Source: Candidatus Zixiibacteriota bacterium (GTDB lineage: Bacteria; Zixibacteria; MSB-5A5; GN15; FEB-12). From it: a DNA stretch of 64,000 nt. Location: assembly GCA_020346225.1 (NCBI GenBank), contig CP070777.1, forward strand, positions 1,077,005 through 1,141,004, in the 5' to 3' direction. The translations under genes and the position numbers were made by a program. The notes below the pieces were generated by a model. The model was not told the origin of the DNA. It saw only the letters and a program-made list of their open reading frames with translations, and did not search any database. Below are positions 10,743 through 20,688 of the stretch, in pieces (the first letter of the stretch is position 1; every line of letters starts with the position of its first letter).

Positions 10743-11789
10743 TCAGCGAAGCCTGGTCCCGTCGGCCGAACTGAAGAACATGAGATTTTCGGCGTCGAAC
10801 GTAAAGGTCACCAGGTCCCCGGGCTGGTACGGTTTCCGGTTGCCCGAAACCACCAGTTGCGTGTCACCATAGGCCAGCCCGACGACATACTGTTCACCCA
10901 GGTATTCACACGAATTGACGACCGCACGAAACTCTCCGCCGGCTTTTATTTCGATGGCTTCCGGTCGCAAGCCCACCTTCAGGCCCGCCCCTTCGCTTTC
11001 CAGGTAGTACTCCGCCACGGGCAGGCCGAACGGGGTAAGGATGTTCTCCCGCACCGCCGCTTCGACGATGTTCATGCGCGGGCTGCCTATAAACTCCGCT
11101 ACATAGATGGAATTGGGATTGCGGTACAAGTCCTCCGGCGTGCCCACCTGCACCAGCTTACCGTCGCACAAAAGGGCGATACGGTCCGCCATCGTCAGGG
11201 CCTCGGCCTGGTCATGGGTGACATGTATCGTGGTCGTACTGAGCTTCTTCTGCAATTTTACAATTTCCAGGCGCATGCGCGCGCGGAGGTCGGCATCGAG
11301 GTTGGACAGCGGTTCATCCAGCAAAAATAGCGAGGGCTCGCGGATGATCGCCCTGCCCAGAGCAACGCGTTGCCTCTGGCCACCCGAGAGTTGCCCGGGC
11401 TTTTGCCGCAGTTTGTCCGTCAGCCCCAGCATGCCGGCGACCCGGGTGATCCTCTGTTCGGTCTCGGTTCGCCCGATGCCGGCCACCTTCAGCGGAAAAG
11501 CGAGGTTCTTGCGGACCGTCATGTGCGGGTAGAGAGCGTAGTTCTGAAATACCATGGCCACCTGGCGATCTCTGGGAAGCAGGTGGTCGATCCGCCTGTC
11601 ACCCAGAAAGATTTCGCCGCTGTCCTGGCTTTCCAGCCCGGCCACGAGCCTCAGCAGGGTCGACTTCCCGCAACCGGACGGGCCGAGGAGAACCAGCAGC
11701 TCGCCGTCTTCGAGTTGCAGCGAGATGTCATCGAGCACTTTCAGGTCGCCGAATGATTTACAGATGTTCTTGAGCGTCAGCCCGGCCAT
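10743..11789 (-). CDS. ABC transporter ATP-binding protein, MalK/UgpC/MsiK type (orphan)
   Basis: Walker A GPSGCGKSTLLR, signature LSGGQRQRVALGRA, Walker B LFLLDEPLSNLD, plus a C-terminal regulatory-type domain. No permease or binding protein is nearby. Its start codon abuts the recF stop with no gap. Confidence 0.85.
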   Translation of the reverse strand: MAGLTLKNICKSFGDLKVLDDISLQLEDGELLVLLGPSGCGKSTLLRLVAGLESQDSGEIFLGDRRIDHLLPRDRQVAMVFQNYALYPHMTVRKNLAFPLKVAGIGRTETEQRITRVAGMLGLTDKLRQKPGQLSGGQRQRVALGRAIIREPSLFLLDEPLSNLDADLRARMRLEIVKLQKKLSTTTIHVTHDQAEALTMADRIALLCDGKLVQVGTPEDLYRNPNSIYVAEFIGSPRMNIVEAAVRENILTPFGLPVAEYYLESEGAGLKVGLRPEAIEIKAGGEFRAVVNSCEYLGEQYVVGLAYGDTQLVVSGNRKPYQPGDLVTFTFDAENLMFFSSADGTRLR

Positions 11790-12878
11790 TTAATCAACTC
11801 CCGCTATTTGCCCGTTGGCGACACGGTAACATCTCCCCGACTCTTTCAGAAACTCCGGCGGTTCGAGGGCGGTGGTGAGAAATAACTGGCCCAGGTTTCC
11901 GAGAGCTTCCATCAGAGCCTCCGATCTATTGATATCGAGTTCCGCAAACACTTCGTCAAGCAAGAGCAGCGGCGGCGTGCCCCGCCTGCCCCTTAGCATA
12001 TCGTACACGGCCAGTTTGAGGGCAACCGCCGCCGAGCGCCACTCCCCCTGCGAGCCATGAGTACGGGCCGGCAGCCCGTTCAATTCTATTTGCACGTCAT
12101 CGCGGTGAGGACCCACCAGAGCCGTCTGGGTAATCTTTTCCTTTTCAGCCATTACCCGCAACGCTTTTTCAAAAGCTCTCTTGATCTCGCTGATGTCGCT
12201 TTCAGCCGCCGCTGCAGCCGTCGACGGCCGGTAACCGACGCTAAGCTCACCCCCGCCGGATATCCGCCGATAGTAAGCGGCCGTCGAATTACCCAGATTC
12301 TCAATGTGTTCCCTCCGGCTGTTGATCAACCGGGCGCCGGATTCGGCCAGTAACTCGTTGAAGGGTTGCGGGTCCATCTCTTTCCTCAGAGCGGCATTCT
12401 TCTGCGCCAGAACCTTATGGTAATCGGCAAGCACTGTCAAATACTTTCCCGAGTATTGCGACAGATACAGGTCGATAAAACGTCGCCGGGCCGACGGCGG
12501 TCCGGACAGAATATTGCTGTCCTCCGGCCCGAGCGAAACGGCGCAAAAAGCTCCATACAGCTCGACCAGTCGCACGGCCAGCCCATCGATAGTGAGTTTT
12601 TTGCGTCCGCCGCGATCATAGGCCACAGCTACATCCCGGTTCTCCCCGTCCACTACCGTCTGCCCCTCGATACGGTAATACTCCGCGCCTTCTCTGACCA
12701 AGGTGGCCTCAGATGCGCCGCGGTGGGACCGGCCCAGATGCAGAACGAAGATAGCTTCGAGGATATTCGTTTTGCCCGAGCCGTTGCCGCCGTGCAGAAT
12801 ATTGACGCCTTCACCGAACTCCGAGGCGAGCTCCGCCAGGTTTCGGAAGTTGACAACGTGAAGAGTTTTAAGGAACAT
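11790..12878 (-). CDS. recF: DNA replication and repair protein RecF
   Basis: From M26 the sequence MFLKTLHVVNFRNL...GGNGSGKTNILEAIF aligns with canonical RecF N-termini. LLLLDEVFAELD lies near the C-terminus. The tracked start at 12953 would overlap dnaN. Confidence 0.9.
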   Translation of the reverse strand: MFLKTLHVVNFRNLAELASEFGEGVNILHGGNGSGKTNILEAIFVLHLGRSHRGASEATLVREGAEYYRIEGQTVVDGENRDVAVAYDRGGRKKLTIDGLAVRLVELYGAFCAVSLGPEDSNILSGPPSARRRFIDLYLSQYSGKYLTVLADYHKVLAQKNAALRKEMDPQPFNELLAESGARLINSRREHIENLGNSTAAYYRRISGGGELSVGYRPSTAAAAAESDISEIKRAFEKALRVMAEKEKITQTALVGPHRDDVQIELNGLPARTHGSQGEWRSAAVALKLAVYDMLRGRRGTPPLLLLDEVFAELDINRSEALMEALGNLGQLFLTTALEPPEFLKESGRCYRVANGQIAGVD

Positions 12879-12942
12879 TTTTCGGTAAAAAAAATGGCAG
12901 ACAAGTTCGTTATCTGCCACTTTCAGTGAAATTCGCTCCCGC

Positions 12943-14055
12943 TCAATCGGCAAGCCTGAGCGGCATTACGAGACAGAGAAAGTCGTCCTTCGGCGTCTCC
13001 GGACTGTAGACAACACCGGCCGCTACCGATGACGACAATTCAAAGATTGCCTCTTCGCCGTCAAGCTTGGATAATATGTCGGTTACATAATTGGCGTTAT
13101 ACCCCAGTTCAATAGGCTCCCCGGCGAAGTCACACTCGAGAACCTCCTTCCCCTCGCCGCCTACATCAGCATTGGTGGTAGACAAAGTGAGAGTATTGCC
13201 CTTGAGCGCGAACCTGACCTGATGAGTAAGAGTGTTCGAGAGAATGGATACCCGGCGCACCGCACGAGCCAGGTCTTCCTTGCTTACCACCAGCTTCTTG
13301 TCGTTATCACCCGGAATGACCTGCTCAAAATTGGGGTAGGGCCCTTCAATCAGTCGCGACGTCAGAACAATATCGCCCAGATTAAATATGATGTTGTTCT
13401 CACCGAAGATGATGCCGATTTCCTGTTTCTCATCCGTTATGAACTTCGGAATAAGATTCAGTACTTTCGGAGGGATGATGACATCGTCATAGAGACCCTT
13501 CAGTTTCTTGTTCTCGACCGCCATCTTGGCCAGACGGTGCCCGTCGGTGGCTACCATCTGCATTTTGTCTCCCTTGGTCTGCCAGAGAACGCCGTTCAGC
13601 GCCGGCCGCGTCTCATCGTCGGAACTGGCAAAAGTTGTCTTTCTGATCATCTTTACCAGATCGTCGGCACCGAGTTTGATTTCCTTCTTTGTATTCACCG
13701 CTGGCAGTTTGGGAAACTCATCCGGCGGTATCGAGGCTATCTTGTAGGTTCCGTTGGGTATTTTTATCTCGATACGCTGCCCGGTAGCTTCAAAGCCAAT
13801 CTCCGCTTCCGGTAACTCTTTGATAATATCAAACAGAATTCTAGCCGGCAGCGAAGCGGAGCCCTTCTTGGCAACTTTACAGTCCAGCGACGCAGCGATA
13901 GATACATCCAGGTCCGTGGCTGATATCTTAATCTTGTTTTCCAGCGCTTCGATAAGAACGTTCGTCAAGATAGGTAAGGTGGATTTGCTGGGCACTACCT
14001 GAAGGATATGCTGCATGTAATTTGCGAGTCTCGACTTCGGTAAAGTGAACTTCAT
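12943..14055 (-). CDS. dnaN: DNA polymerase III beta sliding clamp
   Basis: 370 aa with N-terminus MKFTLPKSRL...STLPILTNVLIEA. Three-domain length. It sits between dnaA and recF. Confidence 0.92.
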   Translation of the reverse strand: MKFTLPKSRLANYMQHILQVVPSKSTLPILTNVLIEALENKIKISATDLDVSIAASLDCKVAKKGSASLPARILFDIIKELPEAEIGFEATGQRIEIKIPNGTYKIASIPPDEFPKLPAVNTKKEIKLGADDLVKMIRKTTFASSDDETRPALNGVLWQTKGDKMQMVATDGHRLAKMAVENKKLKGLYDDVIIPPKVLNLIPKFITDEKQEIGIIFGENNIIFNLGDIVLTSRLIEGPYPNFEQVIPGDNDKKLVVSKEDLARAVRRVSILSNTLTHQVRFALKGNTLTLSTTNADVGGEGKEVLECDFAGEPIELGYNANYVTDILSKLDGEEAIFELSSSVAAGVVYSPETPKDDFLCLVMPLRLAD

Positions 14056-14077
14056 CTATTTCGTCTCCTGCGATATA

Positions 14078-14333
14078 ATCTCCACAAGGTTAATTACTAT
14101 TCTCTGACCTATATATCAAACAGAATGATAATAATAGTTATGTTGGTATGTTGACAACCCAAAAAAACACCTAAAAGACAAAAACTTCTCTATGTATAGC
14201 AAAAACTTAACCTAATAGTCGGGGGCTGCATTACGCTCATACCCTGTTCATAATACGTTGACGGAGTAATCAGCTTTTCCACAGAAGATATCAAAGTTAA
14301 GCGACCCGGTGCCTGTCCACAGCGAAATCCACA
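14078..14333. promoter_or_regulatory. dnaA-dnaN intergenic origin-like segment: degenerate DnaA boxes plus an AT-rich stretch
   Basis: Same-orientation boxes, compared with TTATCCACA: ATCTCCACA (14078-14086), TTTTCCACA (14275-14283), CTGTCCACA (14313-14321), AAATCCACA (14325-14333). A markedly AT-rich tract lies at about 14090-14220. Confidence 0.55.
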
Positions 14334-14338
14334 GCCTG

Positions 14339-15727
14339 TCAATATAGCAGCGCGGCAGATATTTTGTCTATTTTGTTCCGTAGCGAGGAGTCCACTGACA
14401 TCTTCTTTGAGATCAAGTCACAGGCATGTATAACTGTGGAATGATCTCTTCCCCCGAACTCGTCGCCGATTGTCTTCAGGGAGTTATCGGTCAGCGACCT
14501 CGACAGGTACATGGCTACTTGGCGGGCAAGAGCTATCTTGGCCGTCTTTTTCTTAGCCCGCATCATCCCAGCCTCAACGCCAAAATGTTCGGACGTCTTC
14601 CGCTGAATGGAGTCAATGGTGACCTCCACATTCCTTCCCGACAGAGCGTCCGCGAGCACTTTTTGAGCCAGCTCGAGGTCGACCGGTGCGTTTTTCAAAG
14701 AGCCGTAGGCCAGGAGCCTTATGAGAGCGCCTTCGAGTTCGCGAATGTTCGTGGAGATGCGGTCGGCAATGTAACGTATAACATTGTCCGGAACGTTGGT
14801 TCCCTCGGTTTCAAGCTTCTTGTAAAGAATGGCCGTACGGTTTTCCAGATCCGGCGCCTGAAGGTCTGTCACCAGACCCCAGGAAAAACGCGACAGCAAC
14901 CGCTCTTCGAGGCCCTTGATTTCCTTCGGTGACCGGTCGGAGGTGAGCACGATTTGCTTGCCAAGGTGGTACAGGGTATTGAAGGTGTGAAAGAACTGCT
15001 CCTGAGTGGACTCCTTACCCGTGAAGAACTGGATATCGTCGATAATGAGCACATCAACATCGCGATACACCTTGGTGAAGTGGGATACCGAGCTGCTCGA
15101 AATGGAGGCGATAAAATCCGATGTAAACTTCTCCGAGGTGGCGTATATGACCCGCTTGCTCGGGAAAAGCTCAAGTATGCGGTGACCAATAGCCTGGACT
15201 ATGTGGGTCTTCCCGAGACCGGTACCGCCGTATATGAAGAGCGGGTTGTACTTGGTCATGCCGGGAGCCTCGGCTACCGCGGTGGCGGCCGCGCACGCGA
15301 ACTGATTGAAATCGCCGACCACCAGAGACTCGAAATTGTACTTGCCGTTGAGATTGTGTTCGTGACCGGGAGGTTCCGGGTTCGGGACCTGGTGCGGTCT
15401 TTCGTAGAGCAAGTCCAGCGCCGCCTGACCCTCATCCTCCGGCGGTTTGCTGATAACGTACGACACCGAGTACTTGCGACCGGAAACTTCGCGCAACGCC
15501 TCCTCGATGAGATCGTTGAAATGGTCCTTGATCCAGTCGGCCACGAACTGATTGGGTACGGCGACCAGGAAATCCCCGTTACTGCCCGGCTGTCCCTTGG
15601 TCGGTTTCAGCCAGGTCTTGAATGATTGTTCCTTGACTCGATGAGAGAGGTAGTTAAGGCAATCATTCCACTGGTTTGAGCTAGTTACTCTCTTCTGCAA
15701 GGCGACATCCCCCTCATACTTATCCAC
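14339..15727 (-). CDS. dnaA: chromosomal replication initiator protein DnaA
   Basis: 462 aa. AAA+ Walker A GGTGLGKTH, box VII region, and C-terminal DNA-binding signature (FGGRDHSTVIHA). GTG start. Confidence 0.95.
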   Translation of the reverse strand: MDKYEGDVALQKRVTSSNQWNDCLNYLSHRVKEQSFKTWLKPTKGQPGSNGDFLVAVPNQFVADWIKDHFNDLIEEALREVSGRKYSVSYVISKPPEDEGQAALDLLYERPHQVPNPEPPGHEHNLNGKYNFESLVVGDFNQFACAAATAVAEAPGMTKYNPLFIYGGTGLGKTHIVQAIGHRILELFPSKRVIYATSEKFTSDFIASISSSSVSHFTKVYRDVDVLIIDDIQFFTGKESTQEQFFHTFNTLYHLGKQIVLTSDRSPKEIKGLEERLLSRFSWGLVTDLQAPDLENRTAILYKKLETEGTNVPDNVIRYIADRISTNIRELEGALIRLLAYGSLKNAPVDLELAQKVLADALSGRNVEVTIDSIQRKTSEHFGVEAGMMRAKKKTAKIALARQVAMYLSRSLTDNSLKTIGDEFGGRDHSTVIHACDLISKKMSVDSSLRNKIDKISAALLY

Positions 15728-15891
15728 ATGGATGTTGATAAACCTTGTCCTTTTACTGTAAATGGTTATGACGGTGTAAAGCTACTCCGGGCAAAGTTAC
15801 CAACAGGCTTATCCACAATTTTCAGTAATAACGTTGAGCGAAAGGTAAAGCGGGGCAAGTACTTTCAGAAGAGGCTGAAAACTTACCCACA
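15720..15891 (+). promoter_or_regulatory. DnaA-box cluster upstream of dnaA (oriC / dnaA autoregulation candidate)
   Basis: Perfect TTATCCACA at 15720-15728, overlapping the dnaA GTG start. Perfect TTATCCACA at 15809-15817. TTACCCACA at 15883-15891. All share one orientation and are followed by an AT-rich non-coding stretch up to about 16350. Confidence 0.7.
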
Positions 15892-16356
15892 ACCTATAAA
15901 CATTCAGGAGCTTTCTTAAATTCATGCTAATTAATATTGGGCGCCGATGTCGTCGTCAAGCAAGTCGCGACACTTTTATTGAAAGAAATTTGAACCGTTT
16001 ATTTCATAGTCTCTTATACGAGAGACGCAAGACTGTAGTGTGGCTCGCAACTGAAAACCGGCCGACAATTAATTTTCTAGTGAAAACAAGTTTGTCGTTG
16101 CCAAATAGTTACCTGTATGCTGTGCGAAGGATGATGGACGTGTAGAGGAATGCCGCGTGGTTGCCGGGGCAGCGAAATGAATAACGGAGGTACGCGCGTT
16201 GACGATGAGGGTGATGTGGTGTGGTGCGACGAAGTTTGCCATAGGGTAGCAGAGCGGCAGAAGTGGATTTGCCTTCAACATTACTGAAGAGGTGCTCTTT
16301 AATGTTAAGGTTGTCGCAAGGGCTGTAGTTTTCGCGCAGACAACAGGTTTAGAGCG

Positions 16357-16881
16357 TCACGAGGCGTCGACGTCGGCGGGGTCAAGATGTTGCTGGCTGC
16401 GTTCGGCGGGAAAGAATATTATTCTGGCGAGGAGGTACACTATCGAGCAGCTGATAACGGCGTCGGCGATGTTGAAGGTCCACCAGCGCTGGATCTCAAT
16501 TCCGACAAAAGAAATATTGAAGAAATCGACATCAAGAAAATCGACTACTTTGCCGAATCGCACCCGGTCAATGATGTTACCTATGGCTCCCCCACAGATG
16601 AGGGCGAGCGGGACAGTCACGGGATGGTTGTCCCGGTGTGAATAGATATAGTACATCAGTATGAGCAGGATCAGCAGAGACGAGATGAGGTAGTAAGCCG
16701 GCGACCCGAAATTCGTCCCCATGGCCCCTCCCTCGTTAAAAACCAGGGTGAGCATCAAGAAGTCGCCCAGTACTTCGACGCTGAGCCGGTCGGCGAGGTA
16801 TGATATGGCCCATACTTTGGCCGCCTGGTCCAGGAGGACGACGCCGAGCAGGGCGAAGAAGGGGATCAGCAGCTTTCTCAA
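16357..16881 (-). CDS. lspA: lipoprotein signal peptidase (signal peptidase II)
   Basis: 174 aa, four TM segments. Conserved blocks VFNEGGAMG, GGAIGNIIDR, VVDFLD and FNIAD. Confidence 0.9.
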   Translation of the reverse strand: MRKLLIPFFALLGVVLLDQAAKVWAISYLADRLSVEVLGDFLMLTLVFNEGGAMGTNFGSPAYYLISSLLILLILMYYIYSHRDNHPVTVPLALICGGAIGNIIDRVRFGKVVDFLDVDFFNISFVGIEIQRWWTFNIADAVISCSIVYLLARIIFFPAERSQQHLDPADVDAS

Positions 16882-16882
16882 T

Positions 16883-17266
16883 TTATTTTCGACCCGAACC
16901 TTTTTCTTCTTCGGCTGACTTGCAGTTGATGCACAGACGTGCGTGGGGTACGGCCTTGAGCCGATCTACGCTGATCTGTTTGCCGCAGCCGACACACTTA
17001 CCGTAGTCGCCCTGATCGATGCGGCGGAGGGCTTCGTCGATGTGGTAGAGGAAGCGACCCGACTTGGAACTGAGCATGAACGTCAGTTCGCGTTCCATGG
17101 CATCCGTGCCTTGGTCAGCCATGTGATACGAGTACGACGAGAGATCGCCAGTTGAGTCCTTGATGGTTTTCCCCATCTTCGTATTCATTGCTTCCAGTTC
17201 CTCGAAGATGGCTCTCCTCTTCTCCAGCAGCAGCTTTTTGAATCTTGCCAGATCCGTTTTTCTCAT
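16883..17266 (-). CDS. DksA/TraR family C4-type zinc-finger protein
   Basis: C-terminal CVGCGKQISVDRLKAVPHARLCINC. The ATG at 17266 has GGAG upstream and avoids overlap with ileS. The ileS / dksA-like / lspA gene order is a common arrangement. Confidence 0.8.
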   Translation of the reverse strand: MRKTDLARFKKLLLEKRRAIFEELEAMNTKMGKTIKDSTGDLSSYSYHMADQGTDAMERELTFMLSSKSGRFLYHIDEALRRIDQGDYGKCVGCGKQISVDRLKAVPHARLCINCKSAEEEKGSGRK

Positions 17267-17288
17267 CTGGTGGTTGCTCCTATTACCA

Positions 17289-20200
17289 TTATCTTTTGCT
17301 GACCGCAATCGCGGCCTTGACACCGTTGATGTTCCATTCGGTGCCGCCTTTCAGAGATGTCTCGTCGAGCGGCGTGATTGATTCAGCCAGCGTCTCGCTT
17401 CGGATAAAGCGGTCGAACTTCTTCACGGCTGCGAGGAGCCTTTCCGTAGATGAAAGCCGAATGTCAATGTGGTCGGTTACTTCGAATCCCGATGACTTGC
17501 GCATGTTTTGGACCTTGTTAACGATCTCGCGGGCAAAACCCTCGTCGATAAGCTCGTCCGTCAGGGCGGTGTCGAGGGCTATGGTCAGCGGACCGTCCCG
17601 CTCAACCGCGAAGCCGTCGTTTTCCGCCTTTATCACCTCAACCTCGGAGTCGGTAAGCTCGATGTCGCGGGAGTCGATTTTCAAGGTCAGGGATTTCGTT
17701 TCGGCAAATTTCCTGACCGCCGCGGAATCCAGCGCGGCGACCTGTGCCGCCGCCTGTTTGGCGCTGGCGCCGAGGCGCGGGCCGGCCGTCTTGAAATTCA
17801 GTTTGGCCGAGTATGTCACGTACTTGTCGAGGTCGGCTTCCGCCACGATCTCTTTTACGTTGAGTTCGTCCCTGAGGATGTCAAAAAAGCCTTCGAGCTT
17901 CTCCAGCGACAGCCACTTGGGCAGCTTTAACAGCAGGCGGGACAGGGGCTGTCGCACCTTGAGGTTCTTCCGGGAGCGGGCGGCGCGTCCAAGGGAGACA
18001 ATCTGCTCGGTCAGAGCCATCGACTCTTCAAGCTCCTCGTCAATGGCGACCTCATCGGCGACGGGGTAAGCGCACAGGTGTACCGACTGAGGCAGGCTGT
18101 ACTTCTCGCGGTTTTTCCCGGTCAGCTCCGTCCAGATCAGCTCACTCATAAAAGGAGTTACCGGGGCGCTGAGCCGGCAAACGCCGGAGAGAACACGGTA
18201 TAACGTGAGGTATGCGCGCATTTTCGAAGGGTCATCTGCCTTCGCCCAGAAGCGGCGGCGGCTGTTGCGTACGTACCAGTTGGATAACTCCTCAATCACA
18301 AAATGCTGGATGACTCGAACCGGACGGGTAATCTCGTAATTGTCGAACATCTGGGTAACATCTTTAACCAGGCTGTTGTACTTGGACATGATCCACCGGT
18401 CAAACCGCTCGGGCTCGCCGGCCAGCCTCTCAAGGAAGTCTTCAACGGCCAGGTCTTCGGCCTCGGCGCGTTCGCCAATCTGGTCGATGTTGGCATAGAT
18501 GGCGAAGAAGGAATAGGTATTGCGCAGCGTGTCAAAGTGTTTGCGGATTACTTCGCTGAGGCCTTCGAAGCCGAATCGTGTCGGCAGCCACGGGCTCGAG
18601 GTCGATACGAGATACCAGCGGACGGGATCGGCTCCGTATTTCGCGACCGTTTCAAACGGGTCGACCACGTTCCCCTTGTGCTTTGACATCTTCTTGCCTT
18701 CGTGGTCCAGGATAAACTCGAATACGACCACGTTTTTGAAGGGCTCTTTATCGAAAAGCAGGGTCGAGATGGCCAGCAGGGAATAAAACCAGCCGCGGGT
18801 CTGGTCCACCCCCTCGCTGATGAAATCGGCCGGGTACTTGGCCTCAAACTCTTCTTTGTTCTCGAAGGGGTAATGCCACTGGGCATAGGGCATGGCCCCG
18901 GAGTCGAACCAGACATCGACAACCTCCGGAATACGCGACATGTGGCCGCCGCATTCGCACACCAGCTTGATTTCATCCATCTGCGGTTTGTGCAGGTCGA
19001 GTTCATCCGGGACGCTGACCGCCTCCTTGCGCAACTGTTCGATCGAGCCCACCGCGCGCTGTTTTCCACAGTCCGCGTTTTCGCAGATCCAGATCGGAAG
19101 CGGTGTCCCCCAGAAGCGCTCCCGCGACAGCGACCAGTCGACGTTGTTCTCCAGCCAGTCCAGCATGCGGCCCGAGCGGATCTCGTCCGGGTACCAGTGG
19201 ATGGCATTGTTGTTCTTGATGAGCTGCTCTTTGAACTGGGTGGTCCTCAGGTACCAGGACGGTTGGGCGATGTAGATAAGGGCTGAGTCGCAGCGCCAGC
19301 AGAAGGGATAATTGTGCTCGTACATCTCCTTTTTGAACAGCCGGCCGGATTTGCCGAGGTCATCCATGATGACCGGGTCGGCGTCCTTGATGAACATCCC
19401 GGCGTAGGGGCCCGCGAAATCCTTGAACACGCCGTTGGGCTCGATTGCCTGAAAGACCGGCAGGTCGAACTCTTTACCTACTTCGTAGTCGTCGGCCCCG
19501 AAACCCGGCGCGATGTGCACGATCCCGGTGCCGTCTTCGAGCGTCACGAACTCGCCATTGATGACGAAGAAGGCCTTGTCGATATCGTCTTTGAAGGTAT
19601 CGAAGAGCGGCACGTACTTGCGCCGGAGAAAGTCCTGCCCCTTGAATCGCTCGGCAATGTTGACTTCGGCGTCACCACCGAAAGTCTTCCAAACCAGGGC
19701 TTCGGCCAGCACCATCTTCTCCCCCTGATATTCGACCATGACATAGTCGGCGTCGGCTTTCATGCACAGGGCGGCGTTGGACGGCAGTGTCCAGGGGGTG
19801 GTCGTCCAGACCAGGTAGCTGAAATCGCCATCGGCGGCCTTCACTTTCACGTACACCGAGGGCTCTTTGATCATATCGTAGCCCTGGGCCACCTCGTGGC
19901 TGGACAGGCCGGTGCCGCAGCGGGGGCAATAGGGAATGGTTTTGTAGCCCTGGTAGATAAGGTCGCGGTCGAAGAAATTCTTCAGAATCCACCAGACGGT
20001 CTCGATGTACTCATTGCGCAGGGTGACATAGGCATCGTCCAGGTCCAGCCAGTAGCCGATGCGGTGAGTGATGCCGGTCCATTCGTCGAGATATTTGAAA
20101 ACCGACACTTTGCATTTTTCGTTGAACTCTTTGATGCCATATTCGACGACCTGCGGTTTGCTGGTCAGCTTGAGTTCCTTCTCGACTTCGATTTCGACCG

Positions 20201-20471
20201 GCAGGCCGTGGGTGTCCCAGCCGGCCTTGCGGTCGACGCGAAAGCCGCGCATACTCTTATAGCGACACACCATGTCTTTGATGGTGCGGGAGATAACGTG
20301 ATGAATCCCCGGCCGCCCGTTGGCGGTTGGCGGCCCCTCGTAAAAGACGAAATGAGGCCGGTCTTTGGCCAGCTCGCTGGCTTTCTGGAAGATGCTCTTG
20401 GCGTCCCAGAACTCGAGAATCCGCTCTTCGGCCTTGGGGATCGAGAAATTGTCTTTTAACGCGTCAAACAT
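17289..20471 (-). CDS. ileS: isoleucine--tRNA ligase (long, type-2-like form)
   Basis: HIGH-type motif (PGIHHV), KMSKHKGN, and an editing-domain-length insertion. The tracked ORF starts at 20501. The ATG at 20471 is preceded by GAGGAA and gives MFDALKDNF... Confidence 0.95.
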   Translation of the reverse strand: MFDALKDNFSIPKAEERILEFWDAKSIFQKASELAKDRPHFVFYEGPPTANGRPGIHHVISRTIKDMVCRYKSMRGFRVDRKAGWDTHGLPVEIEVEKELKLTSKPQVVEYGIKEFNEKCKVSVFKYLDEWTGITHRIGYWLDLDDAYVTLRNEYIETVWWILKNFFDRDLIYQGYKTIPYCPRCGTGLSSHEVAQGYDMIKEPSVYVKVKAADGDFSYLVWTTTPWTLPSNAALCMKADADYVMVEYQGEKMVLAEALVWKTFGGDAEVNIAERFKGQDFLRRKYVPLFDTFKDDIDKAFFVINGEFVTLEDGTGIVHIAPGFGADDYEVGKEFDLPVFQAIEPNGVFKDFAGPYAGMFIKDADPVIMDDLGKSGRLFKKEMYEHNYPFCWRCDSALIYIAQPSWYLRTTQFKEQLIKNNNAIHWYPDEIRSGRMLDWLENNVDWSLSRERFWGTPLPIWICENADCGKQRAVGSIEQLRKEAVSVPDELDLHKPQMDEIKLVCECGGHMSRIPEVVDVWFDSGAMPYAQWHYPFENKEEFEAKYPADFISEGVDQTRGWFYSLLAISTLLFDKEPFKNVVVFEFILDHEGKKMSKHKGNVVDPFETVAKYGADPVRWYLVSTSSPWLPTRFGFEGLSEVIRKHFDTLRNTYSFFAIYANIDQIGERAEAEDLAVEDFLERLAGEPERFDRWIMSKYNSLVKDVTQMFDNYEITRPVRVIQHFVIEELSNWYVRNSRRRFWAKADDPSKMRAYLTLYRVLSGVCRLSAPVTPFMSELIWTELTGKNREKYSLPQSVHLCAYPVADEVAIDEELEESMALTEQIVSLGRAARSRKNLKVRQPLSRLLLKLPKWLSLEKLEGFFDILRDELNVKEIVAEADLDKYVTYSAKLNFKTAGPRLGASAKQAAAQVAALDSAAVRKFAETKSLTLKIDSRDIELTDSEVEVIKAENDGFAVERDGPLTIALDTALTDELIDEGFAREIVNKVQNMRKSSGFEVTDHIDIRLSSTERLLAAVKKFDRFIRSETLAESITPLDETSLKGGTEWNINGVKAAIAVSKR

Positions 20472-20688
20472 TTCCTGTTGCTTCCTCAAATAACCCATCA
20501 ATTTACCGGCTCAATAAGTTTTTGTAAAGGGTTTTGTAATCTCAAGCGCCGCAGCCGGGTAGCTTGCGGCACCGTCGGCCGTGTTTGGCATTGATATCGG
20601 CCGTCCGGTCGGACTGCTTGAGCTAACACGCCGGAAAGTCTCCGAAGCATCCCGTCTGCCGCGGCACCCGGCCACCCCTTATTGATGC

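Noticed and set aside
20502-20688. 187-nt region upstream of ileS, examined for a T-box or other leader RNA.
   Set aside because: I could recognise no T-box sequence, specifier-loop architecture or terminator/antiterminator pair. It is more simply a promoter region (a possible TTTACA-17-TAAATT on the minus strand).
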